From Lepidodermella squamata (lineage: Eukaryota > Animalia > Gastrotricha), in assembly GCA_047495785.1 (NCBI GenBank), contig JBLDXI010000020.1:2914001-2978000 (forward strand): a stretch of 64,000 nucleotides of DNA, given 5' to 3'. This document shows positions 12,178-25,817 of this stretch, piece by piece. The notes beneath the pieces are model-generated. The model was not told the DNA's origin. It saw only the letters and a program-made list of their open reading frames with translations, and ran no database searches. Each line of letters starts with the position of its first letter. The stretch's first letter is position 1. Made by a program: the position numbers and the translations under genes.

Positions 12178-13555
12178 ATGGGGAGCAAATGTATAGAACT
12201 GCTATTAACTTATTTTTTGCTGTCGACCCTTCACACATCAGGTTTTGTGAGACTCAGCTTGACGAGAGTTCCAGCTCGCCAGGCGTTCGAAAATCGAATC
12301 CAGGCCGATTCGTTGGAGAAAAATTCTGAATTCGGCAGAAGCCTGAGCCAACGAAACAAAAGGTTGCCAATACGATTTTTCGACGTTTGTGAGCTTTTAT
12401 AACTTGGAAACCGATGAAAATTGAACAATAAATTACAGAAGCAGTATTACGCCACAATCGCATTGGGCACGCCTCCTCAAGACTTCAACATAGCATTCGA
12501 CACTGGTTCTGCTTGCTTGTAAGGAATATTTTGTTCTAATTTGAGATTTCACTGGATTTAATCTTCTGAATCAGCCTTGTTCCATCGATAAATTGCAAAA
12601 TTGATCGCTGTCTGAAATATTCCCGCTACGAAAGTTCCGCCTCATCAACATACATCCCGAACGGGAAGAAAGTGGTCGCTGGCTACGGCCCTGTGGAAGG
12701 AAATGTAGCTTTTCAGGGCTACATAAGCAAAGACAACATTCATTTCGGTGACATCACTCTTGAATCGGCAAGTTTCATCGAATTTACAGATATCCTCCAA
12801 TTTCCTGATGACTTGACGATTCCGTATGATGGACTGTTCGGGATGAATACTGTTAGGAAAGATGTTGAGAATTGCGGACCTGGTTTGACAACGTTTCCCA
12901 CGATGATAAAGCAAAACCTGTTGGATGAACCTATTGCGACGTTTTACATGAAACGCGAGTCGAACTCCTTAGATGGCGGTGAGGTTATTTTGGGTGGCAG
13001 CGACCCAGAACTCTATGATGGGAAACTAACAAAACTGAAAGCCGTCCCGGATGACTTAGGATGGTGGGTTGTGCCTATGGATGGAGTTACACTGGGCGAC
13101 GCGCTCGAATTCTGTCCAGATGGATGCAACGTTGCCGTGGATACTGGCATGCCGAAAATTGCTGGTTCACCAACAAATATCAGAAAGCTTCACAATGCCA
13201 TTGGGGCAAAACTGGCCCGACCTGAAGGATACGAATATATCATTTCATGTGATAGGTAAGTTATTCCCTAGTCAATGTTTCTCAATACTGAAGTAATAAT
13301 AACCATTTCAGGATAAAGAATTTGCCGGATATGACGTTCACGTTTTCAGGCCGTCCATTCGTTTTGACGCCAGACGACTACGTCATTAGAACTGATAGTG
13401 ATGGTGACATCCCGCAGGATCTATGTATCACCGTTTTTGCGCCTTACGGTGCGCTTGAAAATGGACCGTTCAAATGGGTTTTGGGCGATGCTTTTATGGC
13501 ACGGGTTGTCACTCAATTCAACTTCGAGAAAATGACAGTTTCATTTGGACAGTGA
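12178..13555 (+). CDS. A1 aspartic protease (AP2), 4 exons
   Basis: [23 protein letters not shown]; [11 protein letters not shown]; VAVDTGMP; WVLGDAF; same intron positions as AP1. Confidence 0.92.
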
Positions 13556-14009
13556 GAGCATTTACAACATGCAGTGTAAACTTCCTTTAAACTTCACTAT
13601 GATATTATATCATTTTTCGAAATGAACAAACCATATAAGCCACGAAGAATTCGAATTAAGTGCGAAATTGAAGAGTTGAAACATGAAAATCGGTCATCAT
13701 TACGGGGCGAACTCAGATGCGGATCCTTCTATTTTCTACGCGTGAAAGAAGGCCAGAAACGATTCAATATCAAGCCAAAGTATTTCCAAAGTTCTCCACT
13801 GTCATTCTCTATCCCATCTTCCATAGTGCCCATCTTCCGCACTGTTTTCTTCTTCATTCTCCAGTCACATTTTTCCAAGGAATTTATTATGCCCGCGCTA
13901 ATAAAACACCAGTAGCTGTTTCATCGCGTTGCTATTTTGGGTATTTGCTGTTGCTGTCTGCCATTTATTAGGGCAGATAGCCATAACAGCATATGCGATG
14001 CGAGCAGGG

Positions 14010-14225
14010 ACTTCGCGGTCGGACCCTGGCATTCCCGAGCGAGAATAGGCACGTATCAAGGTCTCGCTTCCAGCCTCGTGCGTTTGGAAACACGTCAGTT
14101 AGGCTACGTGTGCTATCGGCTACGAAAGGAGGCGCGTCAAATTGGCCTATTTGCGCAATCGACTACGTCAGAGACTCCCGGAATCATTTTTCGCACCCTT
14201 ATTACAACGATCTTGCGCGACCAAA
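14010..14225 (+). repeat. Copy 1 of a conserved non-coding element with ~42-bp internal repeats, found upstream of each receptor gene
   Basis: GCGCAATCGACTACGT-type units ending in ACGTCAGA(G). Other copies at ~18707-18945, ~24950-25125, ~28880-29135 and ~34150-34400. Confidence 0.75.
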
Positions 14226-15554
14226 AAGCACATCATATTTTCGTAGCTGTCTGCATTTTTATCTAATAAAGAATAACTTTTGAACTCTGTAGCGGCAGTG
14301 CTTCAATTTTCTTTTTATCCCCTTTACGCAAACCTCTTTTTACGGCGCGATATTTTTTCATTTCACCAAAGCTGTTAGGAAATGTTTAATGTGATTTTAT
14401 CCAACCGATAGCCGTAGTCTATGGATTGCTCTTCCGTAAGTTAAAAACTTGGGACTTCATCAAGTCAAAATATTCCAAAATAATTTTTTTGGAGTCTAAA
14501 TTTACCCGAAGCGTGATAAGAGCGTACAATGTGCGCTGATTGGGCAAGATGCGCTGTTTTTTCGCGATATCGCATCATTCGTAAAATATGAATAGCTAAA
14601 CATAAGAAAATTTTCAGAAGTTTAACGAACCAAATTCTCCCACCATTTGCGAATCTGCTTCTAAAACACTCACAGATTATTGGAAAAAGTACCTCGATTT
14701 ACCGACTATAGCCCAATGGTAATGCGCAAATGTGTTGTTTTCTGGCTTGTAATTGCAGTTCAACGTTTCAGGAGAATAGGCTCGCAAGGGTCCCGTGCCA
14801 AGAAAAAGGCAATATGAGAGAAAATTTCGCAAAAATACGAAAATTACGATAAAATTTAGAAAAATAAGCCATTCGTTGTTCGACTCAACCTGACGCTGTG
14901 AATCTAAATTGTTGATGACTTTCAAACTACCATAAGATGATTCGAGCGTTACTTGAGGACCACATGGCTAGTTCCTGAGTATTTGAAATGAAAAAATGAA
15001 TCAGCAGCACAAATCTGTAACATACCATATCTGAAGCATCCCATTTAACATTTAATCCTCCGGCAGAAGCGGTGTTCAGCAGCTGTCGCCAGGATCAGAC
15101 TCAAAAATATCAATTTTAAAAATAAGGACGTTTTCAGGAGATCACGAAAATTAGTGATCGCTCACATCCTTTTCCAGCAATGAAATTTACTATCGATTTC
15201 AAATTTATATCGATTGGAAAATCGCTGGTATGGAGTTGGGAAATGTGGAAAGTGGTAAAAATTGTAAAATACCCATAGAGATGTTTTTCTCAAATTTAAA
15301 TAATTATTCATTGAAGTCTAGAATTATTTCTCGCAATATTTGAGCAGCCCTATGAATTTCATAACATTCAAAAATTCTCAAAAATGCATAACATCCGTAT
15401 TAAATTTCCAAGACACCGCAGTATTAATGAGATCAATAATACCTATAATTCGAAGTAACTGTCATAGTAGTTTCATAGGAAATCTCAATCCTTCTCGTAA
15501 ATCTTTCATTACAAGGCTTAGCATTTAGATAAACTTTAATTTATCTACTAGAAA

Positions 15555-18147
15555 ATGCAGTTTGACCCAGTATTAGTAGTCTACCTTCTCTTATCGATTG
15601 CCGCAGTCGGAGCTGACCAAGTTCCCATGAAGAAATGGAGTCTCAGTGACCCAGCTCCAGACTTTGTATCAGCGACAACCTATGATGCAGGACAAAACGA
15701 ATCAATTATTGATAAACGGACCACCATTACCTTGTCCGTACTGGCCGAATATCGCAGTCCAATCGGGTTACCGAGCGGCCCGATGGGTTACATTGGAGCG
15801 TCATTGGCTTTGAAGCGGCTACAAACCTTAGATAACTGGCTACCAAATCACAATATTCAGTTTGAAATGCGTGACACAGGGGTAATTAAATGGTATTGTC
15901 TAATAATTATTTTCATGACCGTTACCTTTTCTCAATCTGCATAGTGTTTTGATGCCCCGGCTGTAGCTCAATTTATCAATAGCTTGGAGCAAAGCTACAA
16001 CGGCATAACAGATCGTTTTCCGCTAGTTGGGATCAACGACTGTGGGATGGATGCCACTCGTTTGTCAGCTCTTATCATCAAGAACTACAACATGGTAGGG
16101 CTCACTCTCAACCAGCAGCACATGGATTTATTCTTCAATCGTAACAAATACCCCAATTTCTTCGCCCTTGCAGATAGGGGTGACGTTATTTGCATCGCTC
16201 TGTCCACATACATCAGAAAAATGGGCTGGAAACGAGTTTCCTTACTCTCAGATACCAACACCTACAGCTCGATGCTTGAGCAAGGCTACGTCAAGTGGTT
16301 CGAACAATACGAAATTTCGCTCGTCTATTTGGTTCGATTCAGAGCGTACACTACTGATGAGTACGAGCTTGGATCCAGTTTCACTGAGCTCGCATCGAGA
16401 AAACCAAGAATTATCATTACGCAGAGTGGCAACACGGCAACATTGGCGTGTTATCTCCATAAATTCGGGCTAATCGGACCCAGTTATGTTATAATCATGG
16501 CGACAATTAATTTTGATGAGAACGCAGAAGTATCGCCTGCTCTCTCATCTTGGTGCACGAAGGACATGATCATGGAAGTATTGAATGGTGCAATTGCAGC
16601 AACGCTTTTGGGAACAACGATGACGGACGTTTATGGCCCAAAGTACAAGGAAATGACCGGTTTAACCCTTAATGAAATTCGCGATTACGCAATATCGAAA
16701 GTGGTTGGTCCTGGATTCTTTGACTTATGCCTGTTGCAATACATATTTCCGGTACAGTACGACAGAGCCCTGGCACTAGGGTTGATTCTGAACGAGACCG
16801 AGAGATTACTAGCGACTCGTAACATGACCTTGGCTGATTGGACCACAAGAACCACAAATTTCAAGCGTAAAAGCCAGGATATTATTGCAATCATAAAAGA
16901 GGCTATTTACAGCATTCAAAATGTCTCAGGTATGAAAGGGTTTTATTCATTCGATGCCGCAACTGCACAATCTGCTGGAGCTGTCCCAATTTTGTTTCAA
17001 GAATTGCAAGTCATTAAAAATGGAACGACAAGAAAGTTTCAACTGATAAGATCAACAATAGCCTATTATCAAGGCAACGACCATGAGCCGCTTACAGTTT
17101 TATGGTCGAAGATGAGATGGAAAACGCCGAATAAGCTGCCACCGAGAGATGCTCTCAAGATTTCCCATCAGCTAGTTCCTCTGTTGAATGACGCTTTAAC
17201 CTTGGCATTACGAATACTTGTATCCGTGGAAATTACCGCTCTGGTTGTCGCTTCAGCTCTGGCCGTCACGAGAGCCCGAGGTCTGCTGAATAGAGCGACG
17301 CATTTGACATTGGCATTTGGACAACTCACTATTCTTTGCCATATTTACGTTTCGACCATTGAAAGGAAGGATAAAGGTGAGCTCGGAAAGATTTGCTTTG
17401 CATCGGTGATTCTTGTTTGGGCCGGGTTTTCCTTGTTGATCGCTTCCATCGCACAGTTGATGAGCGGATTCGCAACCAGACTGTCTTCATTCTTGCTGTT
17501 CAGTTATGGATGGGCAAGCATCCAAGCTATCCTTATAACACTGAGTGCGAATTCGGAAGCTTTAGACGCTAAGGAGAAGCTGCTTCCACTCGAGATCTCG
17601 CCAGATGATGCTAGCTTTGCCGTCCAACCTTATCGCATTGAATGCCAGGTTCTCGAGCAGTTATTGGCAGGGTCAAGGAACTCGTTTGTTGCGAGCATTT
17701 CCGCTGGAACATTGCAGCTTCTGCTTCTGACAAAAACCTCGGTCTCTGTAATTTCAGCAACCTTGCTTGGGAAAAACATGCGAAGCGCCCGCTTTAAGTT
17801 GAGATCGATATCACTATACGCAGTCATTTTGCTCCTGGCGGCTGCTTTCTTTATCGGATCCCTGAGACCTAACGACTACCAGTACTTGGCTTTGCTGACC
17901 TCATTTCTCTCGCTGTTGATCGGGTTCCTATTGATTGCTTTGCTCGTTTCTGAAGGTAAATTCAAAAAGATATTGAAGACTCTCCACTATTTAAAATTTT
18001 TCAGCTGTGATCAAAGATAGGCCGGAAATCCCTCTAAGTAAATCTCGAGCATCAAATTTTAACCGTAATTCAATCAATGTTGCGCCACGAGTTACTCGCA
18101 ACTCGTTTCTTGGGAACCAAACTGCTGGGATGGGATACAATAACTGA
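15555..18147 (+). CDS. GABA-B-like class C GPCR (Venus flytrap/ANF-receptor domain + 7TM), R1, 3 exons
   Basis: Signal peptide; LALKRL..WLPNHNIQFEMRDTG|C; YPNFF; MGWKRVSLL; WKTP..PPRD linker with no Cys-rich domain; seven hydrophobic helices with a TM3 Cys and an ECL2 Cys (QPYRIEC). Introns 15882-15944 and 17956-18004. Confidence 0.88.
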
Positions 18148-18359
18148 TTGCCAAAATTATTGGGCAAAACTGTCAAACTGTTATTATGTGACTTTTTATG
18201 GCAGAATTTAATACTACTGATGAATATTGACCTAATTGAATATTGATTGTTGACGGTGATTTATTACTGCTATCGGGCTTCTGACAGGAATTTAGATAGT
18301 GCGATGCTTATTTTTGTTGTCGCACACTTCCAGGCCCGAACTATTCCTGCTACGATGAC

Positions 18360-18690
18360 ATCATCAACGTCTATCCCAAACGGGAAGAAAATGGTCGCTG
18401 GCTACGGCCCTGTAGAAGTTAATGTGGTAGGTTTTCAGGGCTTCATATGCAAAGAAAACAAAGACAACAGTTGTAACTCAATTCAACTTCAAGGGAATGT
18501 TGGACTGTGAGAGGTGGAAGTTCTAGACCAAGTGCATTGTGCAGTGAAACGTGTAACCTTCACAATGGAGTTGATATTAAATAATTTTTTGAATAAAACC
18601 ATGTGAGGCTCAAAGAATTTGAAATTTGGAATATGGAACATTGAAAACGTTGATACGATCATCGTTATTGGCGTGGGGCGACTCTCGCAC
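18360..18690 (+). pseudogene. Remnant of an AP2 duplicate (coding fragment plus 3' flank)
   Basis: [33 protein letters not shown] matches AP2 at ~12640-12740. Positions 18540-18690 resemble the AP2 3' flank at 13570-13715. Confidence 0.75.
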
Positions 18691-18706
18691 GGACGGCCGA
18701 TCTGCT

Positions 18707-18945
18707 GCTTCGTGGTCGGGCCCTGGAATGCCAGACCGAGAATATGCACGTTCCGGGCTCGTTCGACCCCGCCTCATGCGCAATCGAATACGTGTGGAAA
18801 CACGTAAATTAGGTTACGTGGGCAATCGGCTGCGGACGGAGGCGCGTCAAATTGGCCTACGTGCGCAATCGACTACGTCAGAGACTCCCGAAATAACTTT
18901 TTCGCGACCTAATGCACAACTTTTGGCGATCTTACGCGACCAGAC
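18707..18945 (+). repeat. Copy 2 of the receptor-associated conserved element
   Basis: Aligns by eye to 14010-14225. Confidence 0.75.
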
Positions 18946-20201
18946 ACTCTATAATCTCATAACTGACTGCATTTTTTCGAGTGTAGAATATATTGTGAGC
19001 TTCTCAACATCACAGTTTCGATTTTTTTATCCCTTCTTAGGCAAACTTTATTTACGCGCATTTTTTCAATTTAACCAAATCTCATAGGTATAATTTGATG
19101 CGGTATTGTGCAAACGATAGTCCTAGTCTGTGAGGTGCTTTTCCGTGAGTTAAAAAATGCTCGACTATCCAAATCTTGAGACTTCAAATATTTCATAATA
19201 ATGTTTCGGGGTTCGGGCTGTTTGGCGTAGTCTAAATTTACCCTTAGGTTAGGCTTGGTAGAAAAATTGACAAGAGCGGTGCTATCACTGGTAACAGGCA
19301 AGAAGCGCTGTATTCGTGTGCGAGATGTAGCTAGGACGCGGTAGCTTGCTTCTTTTTACGAGAAAAAAGTGTTGGCAGATAATGAGGGTCAAAGGTAACT
19401 TCTTCTAGTAAATAGCCCAGCTGTTAATCCATTCATCCGTATTCATCGCCGACATTTTGCTTACATTGCAGGGTTCAAAGTCTCAGCGTCCTAACTACGT
19501 CTCCTGTATTCGTTTGGTACAGCTTAAAATATTCTTAAAATACTACATATTAAACTACTATGCAAATTATTAAATAATTTTCAGTTTCAATATTTTTTGA
19601 AAAAGGACAAATTTCAGAGAAAAACGAACGAATGCTTCCTATTTCCCACCACCTTTTTGCTCAAATGCGTTAGTAAACCCGTCATGGATTGGATAAAACA
19701 TCGCCTCGATTTACCAACACCAGAAGATTTAGGGTCGCGAATGAGTTTGAAAAATGGGATCGCAAGGGTCGCGTGCCAGGAAAAATATGGCAAAATTCGA
19801 AAAATTAAAATAAAATAAAGACAAATTACCTATTCCTTGTTATAACAAGGCGCTTAAGCTTTTGCGTTGCTCGGCTCAACCTGATACTGTGATTCTGAAT
19901 TCGCGAAGCAAGCTGACATTCATTACGACAACGAATTCGGCTCACTTTAAAACAACTCAAAATTGATAGAATTTGATGTTTCACGCGTTTCCTGGTGGCC
20001 ATAAGACTAGGTGATGACTGAGAGGTTGAAATTTTAAACTGTGATCGGAAGCAAAAATCTGCCGCATACCATATCTTGAGCATCACATTGATTCCTTTGG
20101 CAGAAGCGATGTTCAGCTCGCGCCGAAATCTTACGAAAAATATCATTTTTCAAAATATAGAATTGTCCTCAGAAATATAGGTCGAGTAGCTTTGACAATT
20201 C

Positions 20202-20357
20202 GATATTTTACGGTATAACATTCGTAAATCGTTCATATCTGAACTCGCCGCACTCGATTTACTCATCGCAACTCGCCTCCGGCTCGTTCCGACTCGTAAA
20301 TCTCGGGCGACTTCGTACAGATATAAACGTTTTACTCATGTCATACCATACAAATAT
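20202..20357. mobile_element. Short palindromic (hairpin) repeat
   Basis: Arms ATATTT..GGTATAACAT..GTAAA.CGTTCATATCTG and CAGATATAAACGTTTTAC..ATGTCATACC..AAATAT around a CTCGCCTCCGGCTCG core. Confidence 0.6.
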
Positions 20358-20436
20358 GAAAGCCTTCCGGAAATCACGAACATCCTTCTTCAGTCGAATG
20401 GAATTAACCGAAAATATGCCCGCAGACTAGGTCTAT

Positions 20437-20896
20437 GTCGTAGTCTAATAAGCAATTTAGTTGGATTGGGAATCCAACTTTTTTTGGGAATCCATTTAGT
20501 TTAATATATCGTGATAATTGATCCAATACCAAAAGTTTGGGTTAAATAGCAAAATATTACGCAATACACCTAAAATGTCGAGAATCCAAACCTGGAGGAG
20601 GTCAGAAGTTGTTTTCTTGGCCGCTCTGTCTCGTTTATTTCGCCGAAATGGCACTGGCTCTACCATAACAAAATTTAATTTTGCAAATTGGAATAGGGAT
20701 CAAAAATAGCCAAAAATGTATTTCTAACATTGCTTGACGATATCAATCGAGTTGGTTATTCAAAATCTAAGCCTCTCCCCAGGGAGGTAATGTTTCGCGC
20801 AATAATTGTGTTTGATTGCCTTATAAACTAGTTCTTTAAAAGTTTGCTTAAAAGATTGGATTCCCAATCCAACTAAATTGCTTATTAGACTACGAC
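20437..20896. mobile_element. MITE with ~40-bp terminal inverted repeats
   Basis: GTCGTAGTCTAATAAGCAATTTAGTTGGATTGGGAATCCAA at the left end and its exact reverse complement at the right end. Confidence 0.85.
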
Positions 20897-20950
20897 TATA
20901 TTGATTGGAAAAAGCAGGGTCGAAAAGCGCTGATAGGGAATTATGAATTA

Positions 20951-21200
20951 CCGTATTTTACGAATTATAAGACCCTGCCCTCTATTTTTTTCAAACGAGG
21001 TTCAAGTCCTGCCCTATATTTATAGGGTCTGCCCTTTAATTATTCGAACCTAATCACTCACCTGAAGAGTACCTAGATCAACAGTTAAAACCGCCGAATA
21101 ACCACTATAGCATTTATTATTTCAAATGACCATTACCCTCTGCCCTTTATTCCGGTTCTGCCCTATAATTGGGTCCTGCCTAATAATTCGTAAAATACGA
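20951..21200. mobile_element. pogo/Tc-type MITE with TA target-site duplication
   Basis: TA|CCGTATTTTACGAATTAT ... ATAATTCGTAAAATACGA|TA, with repeated internal CTGCCC motifs. Confidence 0.8.
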
Positions 21201-21532
21201 TATCTGGGGAAATTGTTCAGATGTGGACAACTTGCAAAAATGACGCACCGGGTGCGCAGGAAATTTCGGGTCAAATTGGCAATTGGTAAAATTGGGTTAG
21301 CAAACAGTCAAACATTGATGGATTACAAAATCGATGCGTAGAAAATCCTGCAGGTTTTCCAGCTTTTCATTTCATAAGACAGAATTCATGATGTTTTTTG
21401 ACATGTCAGCAATTAGCACATGAAAGTCTTAATTAATCGAGATGCCAAAGTTTGAATAATTAGTCATATAGGAATGGCGTATATTTGAGTCCGTGAAATT
21501 GCTTAGGTACATTTTAATTTGGCTGGTCGGAA

Positions 21533-24046
21533 ATGTTGATTAAAGCTCTATTAATGGTCTACCTTCTCTTATCCATTGCCGCAGTCGAAGCTGACCAAGT
21601 TCCCGTAAAGAAATGGAGTCTCAGCGACCCAGCTCCAGACTTTGTATCAGCCACGACCTATGATGCAAGACAAAACGTATCAATTATTGATAAACGGACC
21701 ACCATTACCTTGTCCGTACTGGCCGAATATCGCAGTCCAATCGGGTTACCGAGCGGTCCGATGGGTTACATTGGAGTGTCGTTGGCTTTGAAGCGGCTAC
21801 AAACTTTGGATAATTGGCTACCAAATCAAAATATTATTCAGTTTGAAATGCGAGACACAGGGGTATCTACCGATTTTACTATTGATTATGTGACTTATAT
21901 TATTTCTCAATCTCCAGTGTTTTGATGCCCCGGCTATTGCTCAATTTATCAACAGTTTGGAGCAAAGCTACAATGGCATTACAGATCGTTTTCCGCTAGT
22001 TGGAATCAACGACTGTGGGATGGATGCCACACGTCTCTCGGCTCTTATCATCAAGAACTACAACATGATAGGGCTCACTCTGAACCAGCAGCACATGGAT
22101 TTATTCTTCAATCGTAACAAGTACCCCAATTTCTACGCTCTTGCGGATAGGGGTGACGTTATTTGCATCGCTCTGTCCAGATTCATCAGGAAAATGGGCT
22201 GGAAACGAGTTTCTTTACTCTCAGATACCAACACCTACAGCTCGATGCTTGAGCAAGGCTACGTCAAATGGTTCGAGCAATTCGAAATTTCGCTCGTCTA
22301 TTTGGTTCGATTCAGAGCGTACACTACTGATGAGTACGAGCTTGGATCCAGTTTCACTGAGCTCGCATCGAGAAAACCAAGAATTATCATTACGCAGAGT
22401 GGCAACACGGCAACATTGGCGTGTTATCTCCATAAATTCGGCTTAATCGGGCCTAGCTATGTCATAATTATGGCCACAATCAATTTTGATGAAAACGCAG
22501 AAGTATCGCCTGCTCTTTCATCATGGTGCACAAAGGACATGATAATGGAAGTATTGAATGGTGCGATCGCAGCAACGCTTTTGGGAACAACGATGACGGA
22601 CGTTTATGGCCCAAAGTACAAGGAAATGACCGGGTTAACTCTTAATGAAATTCGCGATTACGCACTATCGAAAGTGGTTGGCCCGGGATTCTTTGACGTG
22701 TATCTGTTGCAATACATATTTCCTGTACAGTACGACAGGGCGCTTGTATTAGGATTGATACTGAACGAGACCGAGAGATTGCTAGCCACTCGAAACATGA
22801 CCTTGGCTGATTGGACCACAAGAACGTCGAATTTTAAGTACAATAGCCAGGATATTATTGGAATCATGAAAGATGCTATATACAGCATTCATAATATCTC
22901 GGGCATGAAAGGGCTGTACTCATTTGACGCTGCAACTGCACAATCCGCTGGAGCTGTCCCAATTCTGTTTCAAGAATTGCAAGTCACCAAAAATGATACT
23001 CCACGAAAATTTCAATTGATGCGATCGACGATTGCCTATTATAAAAGTAACGATCCAGAGCCGCTTACAGTTCTGTGGTCGAAAATGCGATGGAAAACGC
23101 CACCGAGAGATGCTTTTGAGATTTCCCACCAGCTAGTTCCTCTGTTGAACAGCCATTTGACCTTGGCATTGCGAGTACTAGTATCCGTGGAAATTTTCGC
23201 TCTGCTAAGTGCTTTAGTTCTAGCCGGTAAGAACACACGGATATTGTTGAATAGAGCGGCGTTGGTGACGTTAACTCTCGGCCAACTGATCGTGCTGTGC
23301 CATATTTACGTTTCAACTATTGAAACCAATGATAAAGGTGAACTGGGTAAGATGTGTCTGGCGGCAGTTGTTCTTGTTTGGGGCGGGTTTTCTCTGATGA
23401 TGGTATCCATTTCTCAACTGACGTGTGGATTCGCTACCAGATTGTCTTCATACTTACAGTTCAGTTTAGGATGGGCGGGTATCCAAGCTATTCTTATTAC
23501 AGTGAGTGCGAATTCATCAGCTTTTGAAGTGGAGGAGAAGATGCTTCCACTTGAGATCTCACCAGAGGATGCAAGCTATGCCATCCAACCGAATCGCTTT
23601 GAATGCCAGGTTCTCGAGGGTATGTTTATGCGATCGGTGAACTCTTTGGTTTCGAGCATATCCGCAAGCACATTGCAGCTTCTGCTCCTGGTGAAAACTG
23701 CGGCTTCTGTAATATCAGCCACTTTGCACGGGAGGCACTTGCGAAACGCCCGCTTCAAGATGAGATCGCTATCACTTTACACGTCAATTTTGCTACTTGG
23801 AGCAGCTTTCTTCATAGGATCCTTGAGGCCTAATGACTACCAATACTTGGCATTGCTGACCTCATTTCTCGCGATATTGATCGGAGCTCTTTTGATAGCA
23901 TTATTCTTCTTTGAAGGTAAATTCAAATAATATGAAATATTCTCTAATAATTACAATAATTTTCAGCTGTGATTAGAGAACGGCCAGAAAATCATTCGCG
24001 CAAATCTCGAACGGCCCAGAGTTCAATCACATTGCGGAACCACTAA
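21533..24046 (+). CDS. GABA-B-like class C GPCR, R2
   Basis: Same 3-exon structure as R1 and highly similar; 4-aa deletion in the linker (WKTPPRD). Confidence 0.88.
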
Positions 24047-24491
24047 ATTGTTCAACTCCTGCACGCGCACGCTGATTGGTGGAACGATTGTTACAATGAC
24101 TCGCCATGAAACATTTAGATCATCGTGCAAACAAGTAATAAATTAACAAAATAAATGAGCTTGCCACACGAGTTGCATGGTTTCCAACTGCAGCTTTTCA
24201 GTATAAGTTCAGTATAAGATTATGGCAGTATTTGCGTTACTGGTGCGTCAACTAATATTCTAATATTCAACAAGCATTCGACGCCAATTTGTTACTGCTA
24301 TTGAGGCTCAAACATGATTTTATAGAGTAGATAGTACTACTCGTAATCAAGAATATCGCAAATAGACCTTATAAAAAGACCCCTTCGATTTCGAAATATC
24401 CGGCTGGCGGCTTCGACTAATTCTTTCACGTCGCGGAAGAACTCGTACTTCGGAAAATGTCCGACGGTATACTGAGAACTGTAAGTGTGAA

Positions 24492-24686
24492 CAGAGTTGT
24501 CCACAGGCCGGGTCGGGTTTGGTTTTCTGGTTTTCTGGTTTTCTAAACCTGTCTTCTAGGATTTGAGAAAAATATAGACTCTTTGAATTGTTTGAGCAAT
24601 GAAAAGGAGGAAGGAAAACTAATTTCGTGTGTTTTTCTTCTACGGGCCGGGTCGGGCCTCAATTTTTCGACCCGTGGACAACTCTC
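24492..24686. mobile_element. MITE (hAT-like termini)
   Basis: CAGAGTTGTCCAC ... GTGGACAACTCT inverted ends with GGCCGGGTCGGG subterminal repeats. No target-site duplication seen. Confidence 0.6.
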
Positions 24687-24949
24687 ACTCTGATAATGGG
24701 AAAATACAGCCAGCGAACCACACTCGACTGTACAGTAATCATAATAAAACACCGAAGTGCGAGTTCTTCCGCGACATGAACGAATTGCTTATCTACACCC
24801 AGACGTACAACATGTAGACCTTAGCTAAGTGTAACTTTCGTACTATAGGATAGATTAAAGGAGTTTAACCATAGAGAAGTTCGACCATAAGTATTCCATA
24901 CACGTGCTAAAATTAGTACCGATTGAAAACAAGCCCTGCCATTCCAGTG

Positions 24950-25125
24950 CATTCCCTTGAAAAATTTCGCGCCAACGTATGCGCAATCGAATACGTGTAC
25001 CAGCTCGCCAATTAGCATGGATGCACCACGGAGCACGCGCGTAAGCACGTAACATAAGCCCTGTGCGTAAACGAATTCGTCAGAGGCTCCAGAACTAATT
25101 ATTTCGCGACTAAAGACGTGGGAAT
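24950..25125 (+). repeat. Copy 3 of the receptor-associated conserved element
   Basis: GCGCAATCGAATACGTG ... CGTCAGAGGCTCC..ATTTCGCGAC. Confidence 0.65.
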
Positions 25126-25817
25126 TTTGAGGGTCATCCCCGACTCCCCGAGCACTTTGTATTCTCATTACTTCTATACGGAACATTTTTTAAACTTTCC
25201 AGCAGCACGCTTGAATTTTCTTTTATTTAGCCAGTTTTTTGCGTAATTTATTATTTTCCCGATAGTTTCAGAATTTGTTTACGCGATTTTCTCCAATCTA
25301 GTCTATGTAAAACATTTCCGTAAGTTGAAAACAGTCGACCATCCGAAATTTAAGACTTTAAAACTTTCAATTTGAGACATTCAAAAGTTATTTTTGAGAA
25401 CCAACGAGGCAGTGTTGCTCGCTAGAAAAGTTAAGAAGAGCGGCATGAACCTAGATGATCGCAGGGCGTGCTGTATCCCAACGGCATTGCTGCAAGAATA
25501 TATGTAGTAGGATTACCCACAATTTTTAGAAAAATCAGGAAAACCATTTTGCCCACTACCTTTTTCGCTCGCTGGAATAGAAAAAAGCGCCTCCTTCGCG
25601 GAATTTTCAAATATGAGAATACGATGAAGTAGACGCGGATTTGGGAAGCAAACGAGAGTAACGACGATAATATCTACCAGCAAGATTGAAATTGTAGTAA
25701 GGTTGATGCTTGCATTTCCAAACTCCATCTCAATGCAAACTGAGATCCTAACTTCAAGCATCCCAAGATGTTAATGGTGTTCACAGACGTGGATTTAGAG
25801 TGTTGTCTGAAACTACT

